Of a stretch of 64,000 nucleotides of DNA, positions 31,381 to 39,840 are shown piece after piece (the stretch's first letter is position 1; each line of letters opens with the position of its first letter). Location of the stretch: positions 85,499 through 149,498 of the IMG/VR virus record IMGVR_UViG_3300042908_000680; one strand, 5' to 3'. The notes beneath the pieces are model-generated. The model had not been told where the DNA came from and made no database searches. It was given only the letters and a program-made list of their open reading frames with translations. The position numbers and the translations under genes were made by a program. This stretch comes from a virus.

Positions 31381-32061
31381 TTATGACTCCAATCTTACAA
31401 ACAATGAATCCCCATTCAAACCGTATATTTGATATTCTCTAGACTTTTCTGTTAAACCTATACTTTCAAGAAATAATTTTATTACTGTGAAATCAGTCTC
31501 TCCATCGTATAAAACTCTGTTTGTTGACCACTCCAATGTCATTGCTTTTGTAGTATTAAGTAGATTTTTGCATCCATTTAATACGTTCATTTCTGCCCCT
31601 TGAACATCCATAAAAAGAGCATCTATAGATGATATATTATTTGATTTGCAAAAATGTTCTAAAGTGATAGCATCCACAACTATTTCTTGTGTAACTTCCT
31701 TGATATTGTATATATTCTTTAAACCGTCACCGGGCTTTTTGATAGATCCACATCCAGTAAATTGCATATTAGATCCTTCAAATGTAGCACTATCTGGAAT
31801 TTTTTCTATATCACAAAATCTATTAAATGTGATTGTTCCGTTTTCATCAGTTACCGCCAAATTGAACACAAACACATTCTTATATTGTTCACACTTTTTT
31901 TTGCATATATCATAATTGAATGGATCTGCCTCAAAAGCATAGATATTTGCTTCTGGCCAATATTTTACTATATCGTCAATATCATAACCGCGATGTGCGC
32001 CTATTTCAAAAATATTAGTTATTTTGTCATGAGTTTGTTTAATTTCATCTAAAAATAGCAT
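31381..32061 (-). CDS. FkbM family methyltransferase
   Basis: IFEIGAHRG, IYAFEADP, IDALFMDVQGAEMNVLNG. Confidence 0.9.
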   Translation of the reverse strand: MLFLDEIKQTHDKITNIFEIGAHRGYDIDDIVKYWPEANIYAFEADPFNYDICKKKCEQYKNVFVFNLAVTDENGTITFNRFCDIEKIPDSATFEGSNMQFTGCGSIKKPGDGLKNIYNIKEVTQEIVVDAITLEHFCKSNNISSIDALFMDVQGAEMNVLNGCKNLLNTTKAMTLEWSTNRVLYDGETDFTVIKLFLESIGLTEKSREYQIYGLNGDSLFVRLES

Positions 32062-32689
32062 TTATTACCTCTTTACAATTTATGTTTTCTGCTTCTAAAT
32101 ATTTATATTTTTCATATATGTTTTGATTTACATACCAATCTTCCACTGGTCCGTAACCATCTAATATAACATTGCCCCAAAGTATTCTATAGCCCCAATC
32201 TTGCAATTTTGATCTATACTCTTTGTATTCTTTTACTATTTTATTTTTATGTTCTACTGAATGATCTTGGTTACATTCTGAAAATGACTGAAATAGGTTA
32301 TGCTCTAGTGTTAGCACCTTGAACTTATATTTTTCAAAATTAAAATCATTGAACACCTTGAACTGAACATCATCTACATCTAAGGATAGATAGTCTATTT
32401 CTTCTGGGCAATTATTAGACTCCAATATTGTATTTATGTTCACAAAGTTTAAATCAGCAAGAATGCATTTTGCTTTTCTAGAACCCTCTACTGATTTTAT
32501 ATAGTTTTGATCATAATCTATTGCTAGACCTTGCCATCCACGACTCTCAAAAAAATATGTATTACTATAAAAGCCGGGACTATATAGTGGTAATCCACCG
32601 GTTCCAGCACCTATATCAACAAAATAACCTTTGTCTATATCTAACAGCCTGTCTACAAAAAGGTCTTGATATGTCTGTGCATTATACAT
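32045..32689 (-). CDS. FkbM/Methyltransf_21 family methyltransferase
   Basis: AQTYQD, GYFVDIGAG..SNTYFFE..GWQGLAID, IDYLSLDVD, LTLEHN, EDWYV. Confidence 0.85.
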   Translation of the reverse strand: MYNAQTYQDLFVDRLLDIDKGYFVDIGAGTGGLPLYSPGFYSNTYFFESRGWQGLAIDYDQNYIKSVEGSRKAKCILADLNFVNINTILESNNCPEEIDYLSLDVDDVQFKVFNDFNFEKYKFKVLTLEHNLFQSFSECNQDHSVEHKNKIVKEYKEYRSKLQDWGYRILWGNVILDGYGPVEDWYVNQNIYEKYKYLEAENINCKEVINAIFR

Positions 32690-34356
32690 TACATGCCCCT
32701 AGCTTTCAACATTTCAAGTCTTTTGTTTTCCCAGAAATTTCTTCTATTGCAAAGATATACCATTTGATCATATGCTATATCAAAATCAAATGGGTTTCTT
32801 GTTTGTTTTCCATCAAATACAGCAGAACTTTCATTAAAATACATTCCACCGGTAGTTGCCATAGAGTTTCTATACATCAAATCTCTGACTAATCTAGACT
32901 CTAAGTAAGAACTTGCTTTTTCTGGCTCACATAAAACTTCCGAGATTAACCACCTAGATATATCTTGATGGCTAACATTATCTGGCAACTTGTCGGGTTT
33001 TGGTTGAGAGTCTTTTATTCTAGGTGGTTGTCTCCAAGAATCAAAAGTCTCTGAGATTTCAATGCTATCAAAGTAGTTTTCCCAAGCCTTACCACTCTTG
33101 TCCCACTGGTAGTGTTTTAAAAAAGCCTGTCTTGTATCAAATCCAAGCCTTCTTCTTATACTAACTGGTTGTTCAAAAAACTCTTTGAATTTTTTTGCTG
33201 CTAATATATTGTCTGGAACCGCCCTAAAACATCCAGTTTCAAGTTCTTTATATAACGCTTTTGGAGTCAGAGGAGTACCACCTAGATTTCTTACTACACT
33301 TTCCATAGCAGAATAATCTGTAGCCATCACTGGCACTCCACATGCTGCGGCTTCTACTTGTGGTAAACCAAACCCTTCGCAGTTAGCATATTGAACATAT
33401 AGGTCAAATAAGTTTATTATCTTAGAAAGATCTTCATATTCTACGCCGTGCTTTACGTTTGATAGTGATGCCCCAAATTGTCCAGTGTAAGGGGATTGTG
33501 CAATAGCACCCTTAAATAGTGATGGAAATGGTTTTCCGGTTTGACCACAGATATATGTAAAATATACCTTAGATGATAATTGATATTGTTGTAATAGTTC
33601 TGGAATGTCCCAACCCAAATCTGGATAACTTGTGTGACAGTACAAATAATAATCAGAACTGTCTTCAACACTATCTAGCAAAAGTCTAAAAGCTTGAAAT
33701 AGATCTGGATATAATTTTCGTCGCTGATTTCTCATGACGGTTCCAATGATCTTAGCTTCTGGATTAATTCCCATCGATGCTCTAAGTCCAGCCTTATCCT
33801 CTATGGGTTGGTATGCACCATGTGCTGACGGTGGAGAAATACCAATATAGTTTATCTTATCACCAGATTGTTGCTTTAATACTTCTCCAGCCCATTCTGA
33901 ATATGTTAAACAGGCATCTGCTGATTTATAAGTTGCAACCCACTGTCTAGCTTGTGGTCTAGCATCAACTGTTGGCATTATGCACCATTTAAAATATGGT
34001 CTAAATGGTGATCGTTCTGCAAAATCTAACATCCAAAAGTCTCGTATATCGCAAACAACGTCTGGTAAAAAGTCTAAACACACATGCTCAAACATCATTT
34101 CACCAAATTGTGCGGTTGGATGCTGTGCATATTGACTTTTTTCTTCTTCTGAACAAGTGGAGTCTGGAACTACTCCATAGAATTTCCAAGGTATATTTTT
34201 TGCTCTAGGGTCATTACGCTCCCCATAGGAAGCCATTTCAGCTATCTCGTACTTGCCGGTACTATTTAGATAGTTTAATATTTCTCTGGTATACGTTGCA
34301 TAACCAGTATTTAAAAACGTAGCTTCGCTACAAAATAATATTCTTGGTTTTCTCAT
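32689..34356 (-). CDS. Glycosyltransferase family 4 with C-terminal extension
   Basis: TGYATYTRE, IGTVMRNQRRK, DLYVQYANCEGFGLPQVEAAACGVPV. Confidence 0.9.
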   Translation of the reverse strand: MRKPRILFCSEATFLNTGYATYTREILNYLNSTGKYEIAEMASYGERNDPRAKNIPWKFYGVVPDSTCSEEEKSQYAQHPTAQFGEMMFEHVCLDFLPDVVCDIRDFWMLDFAERSPFRPYFKWCIMPTVDARPQARQWVATYKSADACLTYSEWAGEVLKQQSGDKINYIGISPPSAHGAYQPIEDKAGLRASMGINPEAKIIGTVMRNQRRKLYPDLFQAFRLLLDSVEDSSDYYLYCHTSYPDLGWDIPELLQQYQLSSKVYFTYICGQTGKPFPSLFKGAIAQSPYTGQFGASLSNVKHGVEYEDLSKIINLFDLYVQYANCEGFGLPQVEAAACGVPVMATDYSAMESVVRNLGGTPLTPKALYKELETGCFRAVPDNILAAKKFKEFFEQPVSIRRRLGFDTRQAFLKHYQWDKSGKAWENYFDSIEISETFDSWRQPPRIKDSQPKPDKLPDNVSHQDISRWLISEVLCEPEKASSYLESRLVRDLMYRNSMATTGGMYFNESSAVFDGKQTRNPFDFDIAYDQMVYLCNRRNFWENKRLEMLKARGM

Positions 34357-34667
34357 CAGTCTTCAAAGTCCTTGTGGCAGAAATCAAACTCGTTAATTCT
34401 AAAAACAATGTCTTCATTATCTTTTTCTGGATTTTTAGCAGAGGCATGAACAACTAACTTAGTGCCTTGTGTGGCATACTTCTCTAAAGTCTCAGCACCA
34501 GTGTGCCAAGCTTCACAATGTATATATGTTGGAATTCTATTCTTTTCACCGGTTTTTGTTTTGCGATAAGTATATATCACCATAACAAATTCGGCCAAAA
34601 CTACATCTCCAACCATAGAGATTCTTGGGTTTTCCACCAAGTATCCCGTAAAAGAACACATATTCAT
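34356..34667 (-). CDS. ssb: Single-stranded DNA-binding protein (short OB fold)
   Basis: MNMCSFTGYLVENP.., YIHCEAWHTGAETLEKYATQGTKLVV, acidic C-terminus DFED. Confidence 0.85.
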   Translation of the reverse strand: MNMCSFTGYLVENPRISMVGDVVLAEFVMVIYTYRKTKTGEKNRIPTYIHCEAWHTGAETLEKYATQGTKLVVHASAKNPEKDNEDIVFRINEFDFCHKDFED

Positions 34668-34687
34668 CCTATTCTCCTCATCTTAAT

Positions 34688-34716
34688 ATATTAGCAGCGA
34701 CTGATTAAAAAAACAA
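34688..34716 (-). promoter_or_regulatory. Putative sigma70-type promoter for ssb and the glycosylation cluster
   Basis: Minus strand TTGTTT-N17-TAATAT in the 52-bp gap, followed by a GAGGAG RBS. Confidence 0.5.
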
Positions 34717-34719
34717 CCG

Positions 34720-36291
34720 TTAAATTTCGTGAATCTTATCTACTATAAATGACGTATCTTTATCACTTACTGACCCACAGAAAATTAAGTTGTTTCCTTC
34801 ATATAGAATATATTTATACTTTTCACGGGTCTTTGGAAATACTATAACACTATCTAATATGCATGTATCGTCTTCTATGGTCAGGAATGACATGACTTGA
34901 CCTTTAGATTCACCTTTATTAATTGTGTAATCTGATAGTCTTTGGATATTAGCCACTATGCACATATCTTTACCCTTCTTGCCGTTTATTATTTCTTTGC
35001 AAGTAGTATTTGCGGCAGAAGTGTCAGAAGTCTCAACCTTTGTCATTGTAACTGGACATCCTAGAAATTTGACCTCTTGATCTATAATCCAAGTCGGATC
35101 ATCTTCTAGATCATAGGGTGGACTTACTAATAGTTGTATCTCATTTTCTATAGCCTGCTTCCTGTCAGCTTTGCTAGTTCCACCACCCTCTTTTTTAGTC
35201 GGTGCTAAATCTCTTAAGCAATCTACAAAAGAATCCCACCTTTTATCATTGTAATGATTTAATATCCATGTTTGCTCTGCTTTGGTCAGAGTCCTATAAA
35301 TTTCATAATCATAAAGGGCTTTGTTTCTAGTAACATTGCCCTTAAAATTTCTAAAGAATCCTATCGAAGCTAAAGCCTTGAATGCAGTAGAGCTAATATT
35401 TGATCCTATGAAAAGTAAGATTTCAAGCCAAGTAAATTCCTTTACTGGTTTACTCAAAGTCTTTTCAGCTTCATTTATAGTTTCTATTAACTTATCTCCG
35501 GTCGCACCCGTTAGTGACTTTACATCCTTAATACCAAAGTATATCTTACCACGCTTAATATTGAATTTTCTTTCAAAGTTAGTTAAGCTTGGAGTTCTTG
35601 TCTCAATATCAAATAGTTTTGCCTCAGATATCAATTCATAAACTTCTTGATGAGGGTCTTGCTTTTCATTTGCGTAAAACAGGTAAGACAAAAAGAATTC
35701 CTTGGTATTATGAGCTTTGAAATATGCACTCCAGTAAGAACATACAGCATATGAAACACTATGAGATTTATTGAATGCGTACCTAGATGATTTTTCAATC
35801 CATCCGAAGATTTCTTCTGCGTTCTCTTTACTTACGATTCCAACACGTTCTGCTCCCGCTATGAATGATTTTTTGACTTCGTTCATAAGATCGGCCTTCT
35901 TCTTTCCAATGGCCTTACGAAGAACGTCTGCCTCTTGTAGATTGAAGCCAGCAATTTTCTCAGCTATACGCATAGACTGCTCTTGATATACAAGTACACC
36001 ATATGTTGGCTTTAAAATATCTTCTAATGCAGGATGAAGATATGTTACTTCTTCTCTGCCATGCTTACGATCTACATAGTGCTGGGTCATACTTTTACCA
36101 TCTACAATTGCTTTCAAAGTTCCCGGCCTAATAATAGCAATGAGTGCTGATAATTCTTCAATATTAGTTGGTGCTAACTTTTTAGACCATGATTTTCCAA
36201 GGTTACTTTCTAATTGAAAGATTCCCTTGGTCTTGCCTTCTGCGAACAGTTGCCAAGTTGCTTTATCATTATAGTCTAAATTATTTAACAT
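34720..36291 (-). CDS. dnaE: DNA polymerase III alpha, C-terminal fragment (fingers, HhH region, OB fold)
   Basis: LDYNDKATWQLF..GIFQLES, IIRPG, TYGVLVYQEQ, ADVLRKAIGKK, RYAFNKSHSVSYA, and a C-terminal OB fold MSFLTIEDD. Likely start is MLNNLDY at 36291. Confidence 0.92.
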   Translation of the reverse strand: MLNNLDYNDKATWQLFAEGKTKGIFQLESNLGKSWSKKLAPTNIEELSALIAIIRPGTLKAIVDGKSMTQHYVDRKHGREEVTYLHPALEDILKPTYGVLVYQEQSMRIAEKIAGFNLQEADVLRKAIGKKKADLMNEVKKSFIAGAERVGIVSKENAEEIFGWIEKSSRYAFNKSHSVSYAVCSYWSAYFKAHNTKEFFLSYLFYANEKQDPHQEVYELISEAKLFDIETRTPSLTNFERKFNIKRGKIYFGIKDVKSLTGATGDKLIETINEAEKTLSKPVKEFTWLEILLFIGSNISSTAFKALASIGFFRNFKGNVTRNKALYDYEIYRTLTKAEQTWILNHYNDKRWDSFVDCLRDLAPTKKEGGGTSKADRKQAIENEIQLLVSPPYDLEDDPTWIIDQEVKFLGCPVTMTKVETSDTSAANTTCKEIINGKKGKDMCIVANIQRLSDYTINKGESKGQVMSFLTIEDDTCILDSVIVFPKTREKYKYILYEGNNLIFCGSVSDKDTSFIVDKIHEI

Positions 36292-36961
36292 ACAAATTTC
36301 CGTCAGCAAACGCCTTGTCAAAATTCATGTTCTGATATACCGCACGATGGGTTTTCATCAATTTAATAAATATATTAGCTTCGTCCTTAACGTCTTGCAA
36401 AGCGTCGTGAGCATTATCAAAACTAAGACCCATTCTCTCACGCAATGAATCCATACTTATAGATCTAACACTGGGATCGCTTTCAGTCCAAGCAAATACA
36501 CTATCCATGATATCTATCTTATAGACTCTACTGAATAGTTTTTGCTGCTCTCTCTCTTTGTCCCAAGGTCCAAAATCTCTACATAGTCTGTTTATTATGT
36601 GCATATCGAAGCCAATTATATTAAAACCAACAGGGATAGGATTAAAAAATGGTTCACCCTTCCAGTTGTATTGATCAACAAATTTTGTAAATTTATTCCA
36701 TACGGACTTTAAGGATGGTGCTAATTCTAATTGCTCCCTTGTCTTCTTTGTTATCTTTAGAGCTTCATCTTGTATGGGGTCAAATCCAGCCGCTATAGCT
36801 TTTTCATCATCAAAAATGGGCTTAATTTCACTGTTGAATTGCCCCTTCATCTGCAATGTTCTTCCATCTAAGGCAATAGCGGCGATTTGTGTTGGTTGAG
36901 TACGATGTGGATTGCGTGATCCTGTTTCAAAGTCGAACACGACAAAATCTCTTGTAGCCAT
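36281..36961 (-). CDS. DEDDh 3'-5' exonuclease (DnaQ/epsilon-like)
   Basis: VFDFETG, VGFNIIGFD, HDALQDV. Confidence 0.9.
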   Translation of the reverse strand: MATRDFVVFDFETGSRNPHRTQPTQIAAIALDGRTLQMKGQFNSEIKPIFDDEKAIAAGFDPIQDEALKITKKTREQLELAPSLKSVWNKFTKFVDQYNWKGEPFFNPIPVGFNIIGFDMHIINRLCRDFGPWDKEREQQKLFSRVYKIDIMDSVFAWTESDPSVRSISMDSLRERMGLSFDNAHDALQDVKDEANIFIKLMKTHRAVYQNMNFDKAFADGNLYVK

Positions 36962-36966
36962 ATTGT

Positions 36967-37149
36967 TTATCCTATCTTTCTATCCGAATGTGTTAATGTT
37001 TTATATATATTTGATTTTTTATTTTGTAATACAATAGCTTCGCAAAAATCTAAAAATTCCTTCTCATTCATATTTCCTTTCATGATATTAATACGCTTAT
37101 GCAGCCATTGTAAGTTACCCTCAATATACCCTTTAATGGCTAATATCAA
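36967..37149 (-). pseudogene. Truncated/decayed HNH-type homing endonuclease remnant
   Basis: KGYIEGNLQWLHKRINIMKG..EFLDFC matches the C-terminal half of 'SLDRIDSSKGYxxxNvqwv...N.MK' endonucleases. The preceding KIDIS is present in another frame. Confidence 0.6.
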
Positions 37150-38768
37150 TCTTTGTCACCTATCAAACTTGATATATACATAATTTTATCCAGCAAATTA
37201 ATTCCTAGAACATCAAACTTTACATGGCCTAATGCTTCTAAGTCTGCCATTTCAAGTCCAGCCACCTTTTCTGACGAGCCTTTTTGTTTTACCATTGGGC
37301 ATACCTTTTGAAGTGGCTCTGCTGAAATTACCACACCGGCAGCGTGTTTGCCTTGAGTTTTAAATGTTCCCTCTATCTGAATAGCTTGTTCAAAATATTC
37401 AGCATACTCTCCCTCAAGTTTTCCATCTTCTGATATTCTACAGAAATCTCTTAGATCCTCAGAGTTATTAATCAAAGCCCACTTAATAATAGATCGATCT
37501 TCATCATCCATTTCTGCTAATTGATCTGAGATTCTTGCTTCGTCTGGTATACAGTTACTTATAGCATTCATTTCAGAGAATGAGCAAGCCTCATTAACAC
37601 GTAAAACTTCCTTAATAGCACTCTTTCCTTGAAGTCTTCCAAACGTTAACATTTGACTAACTCGACTATTTCCATACTTATCTTTTAGATATGCAATAAT
37701 TTCATCACGCTTAGTACCGGGAACGTCTATATCAATATCTGGTAGAGATATATGATCAGCACTGTTTCTTCCAGCGTTATAAAATCGTGCAAATAGAAGG
37801 TCAAACTCTATTGGGTCAATCTTTGTTATACTAATTAAATATGAGATTAAACATCCTGCGGCAGATCCTCTGCCGGGACCAGATAGCCAACCCATATCAT
37901 TAACGTGCTTGATAATATCACGAACAATAAGAAAATATCCGAATAGATTAGCATCTTTAATAACATCAAACTCTTCCTTGAATCTACTCAAATACTTCTG
38001 CTTATCTTCTTCGTTTGATACCTTGTTTTGATCTATTAATATTTTCTTCCAGCCAATACGACATAGTTCCTTGAGATAATCTTCTTCTGATGCCCCTTTT
38101 GGACATTCAAATTTAGGCAACATTGGCTTGCTGAGAATATCGTAGTCTTCACACTGGTCATAAATCTCTTTTAGTTTAGATGAGTCTAAGCCCTTAGATT
38201 CGTCTTTGTCTTTAACGTAGAAAGAGTCTTGCATAAAATATACCAATTTATCCATATGCTCTTGGGGATATTTTGAGTCTACATTTATACCACCGCTGTT
38301 GTCTGGCCTAATGCATTTCTTTATTTTTGGTAGCGTAGTCTTCATATCAGAACATAATAATATTCTGTGAAGTTTGGCATCTTCCCTATTTGTATAATAA
38401 CTAATAGGCATTGATTCAGTAGGAGCATTATAGACACTAATCAAATTTTTACTGATATTTGTGTTGTCATATTGCTCTGGTAATTTACCATTTTCATCTA
38501 GTGATGAAACCATCTCAATTAACTCGTACCACCCATCTTTATTCTTAGCAAAAAGTGTAGCAAAATCAAATGAGCATCCAATGATGGGCTTTATACCCTG
38601 TTTTTTGCAGGCTTTATAAAAAGCAACTGCACCAGATAATGTTTTATAATCACAAATACCACATGCTGGATATCCATTATACTTACATTTTTTAGCCAAT
38701 TCTTCTGGCTTTGAATAACCTTTGAGCAAACTGTAATGGGTATAATTCTTCAACGGGAACCAGTTCAT
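37146..38768 (-). CDS. dnaE: DNA polymerase III alpha, N-terminal fragment (degenerate PHP, palm, thumb)
   Basis: THYSLLKG, GIKPIIG, YFLIVRD, GPGRGSAAGCLISY..ITKIDP, PDIDID, GKHAAGVVIS, VKFDVLG, then a stop. Confidence 0.93.
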   Translation of the reverse strand: MNWFPLKNYTHYSLLKGYSKPEELAKKCKYNGYPACGICDYKTLSGAVAFYKACKKQGIKPIIGCSFDFATLFAKNKDGWYELIEMVSSLDENGKLPEQYDNTNISKNLISVYNAPTESMPISYYTNREDAKLHRILLCSDMKTTLPKIKKCIRPDNSGGINVDSKYPQEHMDKLVYFMQDSFYVKDKDESKGLDSSKLKEIYDQCEDYDILSKPMLPKFECPKGASEEDYLKELCRIGWKKILIDQNKVSNEEDKQKYLSRFKEEFDVIKDANLFGYFLIVRDIIKHVNDMGWLSGPGRGSAAGCLISYLISITKIDPIEFDLLFARFYNAGRNSADHISLPDIDIDVPGTKRDEIIAYLKDKYGNSRVSQMLTFGRLQGKSAIKEVLRVNEACSFSEMNAISNCIPDEARISDQLAEMDDEDRSIIKWALINNSEDLRDFCRISEDGKLEGEYAEYFEQAIQIEGTFKTQGKHAAGVVISAEPLQKVCPMVKQKGSSEKVAGLEMADLEALGHVKFDVLGINLLDKIMYISSLIGDKD

Positions 38769-38804
38769 ATATTTCCTTATTCAAAATCAAGAGATCAACA
38801 ATTT

Positions 38805-38833
38805 ATTATACCGCCTTGGGGGCCATAAGTCAA
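38805..38833 (-). promoter_or_regulatory. Near-consensus sigma70 promoter upstream of the dnaE N-fragment
   Basis: Minus strand TTGACT (38833-38828)-N17-TATAAT (38810-38805) in an intergenic gap, followed by an AAGGA RBS. Confidence 0.8.
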
Positions 38834-38856
38834 TATGACCCCCATTCAAAATTTAA

Positions 38857-39840
38857 TTACCAACTCTTACACGCCCAATATCGACTTTTCCACTTTGGAC
38901 CCGGATTATCACAATTGTGTCTAGCTCTGAAACTCTTACGTCTTTCTGGAATGTTTTTCTTAATTGTCATATTTGGATCGCCAAATCTAACAATAACAAC
39001 ATTTCCACTCTCATTTTTGACGTATACTGCAAACTTTTTAGGACCATTAGAAGTTCTAAATGGTTTATTAAGAGTAACTTTTCTTCCTTGGTACTCGCTG
39101 CCTTCACCCATATACATTAAGACTCTGCCATCTTTTTCGTAATAGCCTTTGCGTCTGTATGTATAAACTTCTCCAGTTTTTGTATCTTGATATTCATATG
39201 AACCTTCTGTTTCTTCTTCATCGTCGGTATATTCATCTTCGTATTTCCCCGGTTCATAGTATTTAACGAAATCATATACATTTTGTATATAAATTTCTGC
39301 TTTGGAAATCATATCCTTAGTCCAATCTTGGAATTCTACTGATAATTGCATAACTTTTAATTTTGTGACTATTTCCATAAGCTGATCGTGCATTTTTTGT
39401 ATTTGCTCAAGAGCCATTTCATCACCACCATCAGATTGAGCTTTTTTCCAAGCTTCTGGATCTGGACGATCTTTGTCGCCCCTTTTTGCTGGCTTGTAGT
39501 TTTTACCTTCACGTTCTTTTTTCTTACGTATATTTTCCCATAAGCCGGGTTTTTCTGCTGCAATATCATACTCTTCTACTTCTTCGCCAAAGTCTTCATA
39601 CTCTGCTTGAGTTGGGATATAAAAATTTTCTTCTGTGATTTCTTCTTCGTATCCGTAATTTTCCATTTGCAATTTAAAATCAGCCGCTTCTACGCACCCA
39701 CAATCTGCGGTAGCTTGACCAATACAAATTGCCACTCTTTGAGAATTATCTGGATATTCTTTTTTCATAGTATCGCTGCCCATGCATCGTGCTACGAACT
39801 TGTCTTTATCTTCATCTTTATTTCTTTTAGGAAGTGGCAT
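38857..39840 (-). CDS. Multi-module charged phage protein (possible internal head polyprotein), with a DUF6321-like C-terminal module
   Basis: Likely start is MPLPKR (GGAG RBS). About 5 small modules are joined by acidic linkers; C-terminal EYQGRKVTLNKP..KKFAVYV..VRFGDP..SFRARHNC..YWAC. Confidence 0.6.
   Translation of the reverse strand: MPLPKRNKDEDKDKFVARCMGSDTMKKEYPDNSQRVAICIGQATADCGCVEAADFKLQMENYGYEEEITEENFYIPTQAEYEDFGEEVEEYDIAAEKPGLWENIRKKKEREGKNYKPAKRGDKDRPDPEAWKKAQSDGGDEMALEQIQKMHDQLMEIVTKLKVMQLSVEFQDWTKDMISKAEIYIQNVYDFVKYYEPGKYEDEYTDDEEETEGSYEYQDTKTGEVYTYRRKGYYEKDGRVLMYMGEGSEYQGRKVTLNKPFRTSNGPKKFAVYVKNESGNVVIVRFGDPNMTIKKNIPERRKSFRARHNCDNPGPKWKSRYWACKSW

Noticed and set aside
23657-34356. 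Host LPS/capsule locus, i.e. bacterial chromosome or prophage flank
   Set aside because: The genes are translationally coupled to phage ssb and endonuclease genes, and no transport, polymerase or lipid-carrier genes are present.
34720-38768. Split intein or group I intron rejoining dnaE
   Set aside because: There are no intein motifs at either fragment end, and the gap is filled by coupled ORFs with no room for an intron core. I also found no canonical slippery heptamer at the exonuclease/dnaE-C overlap.
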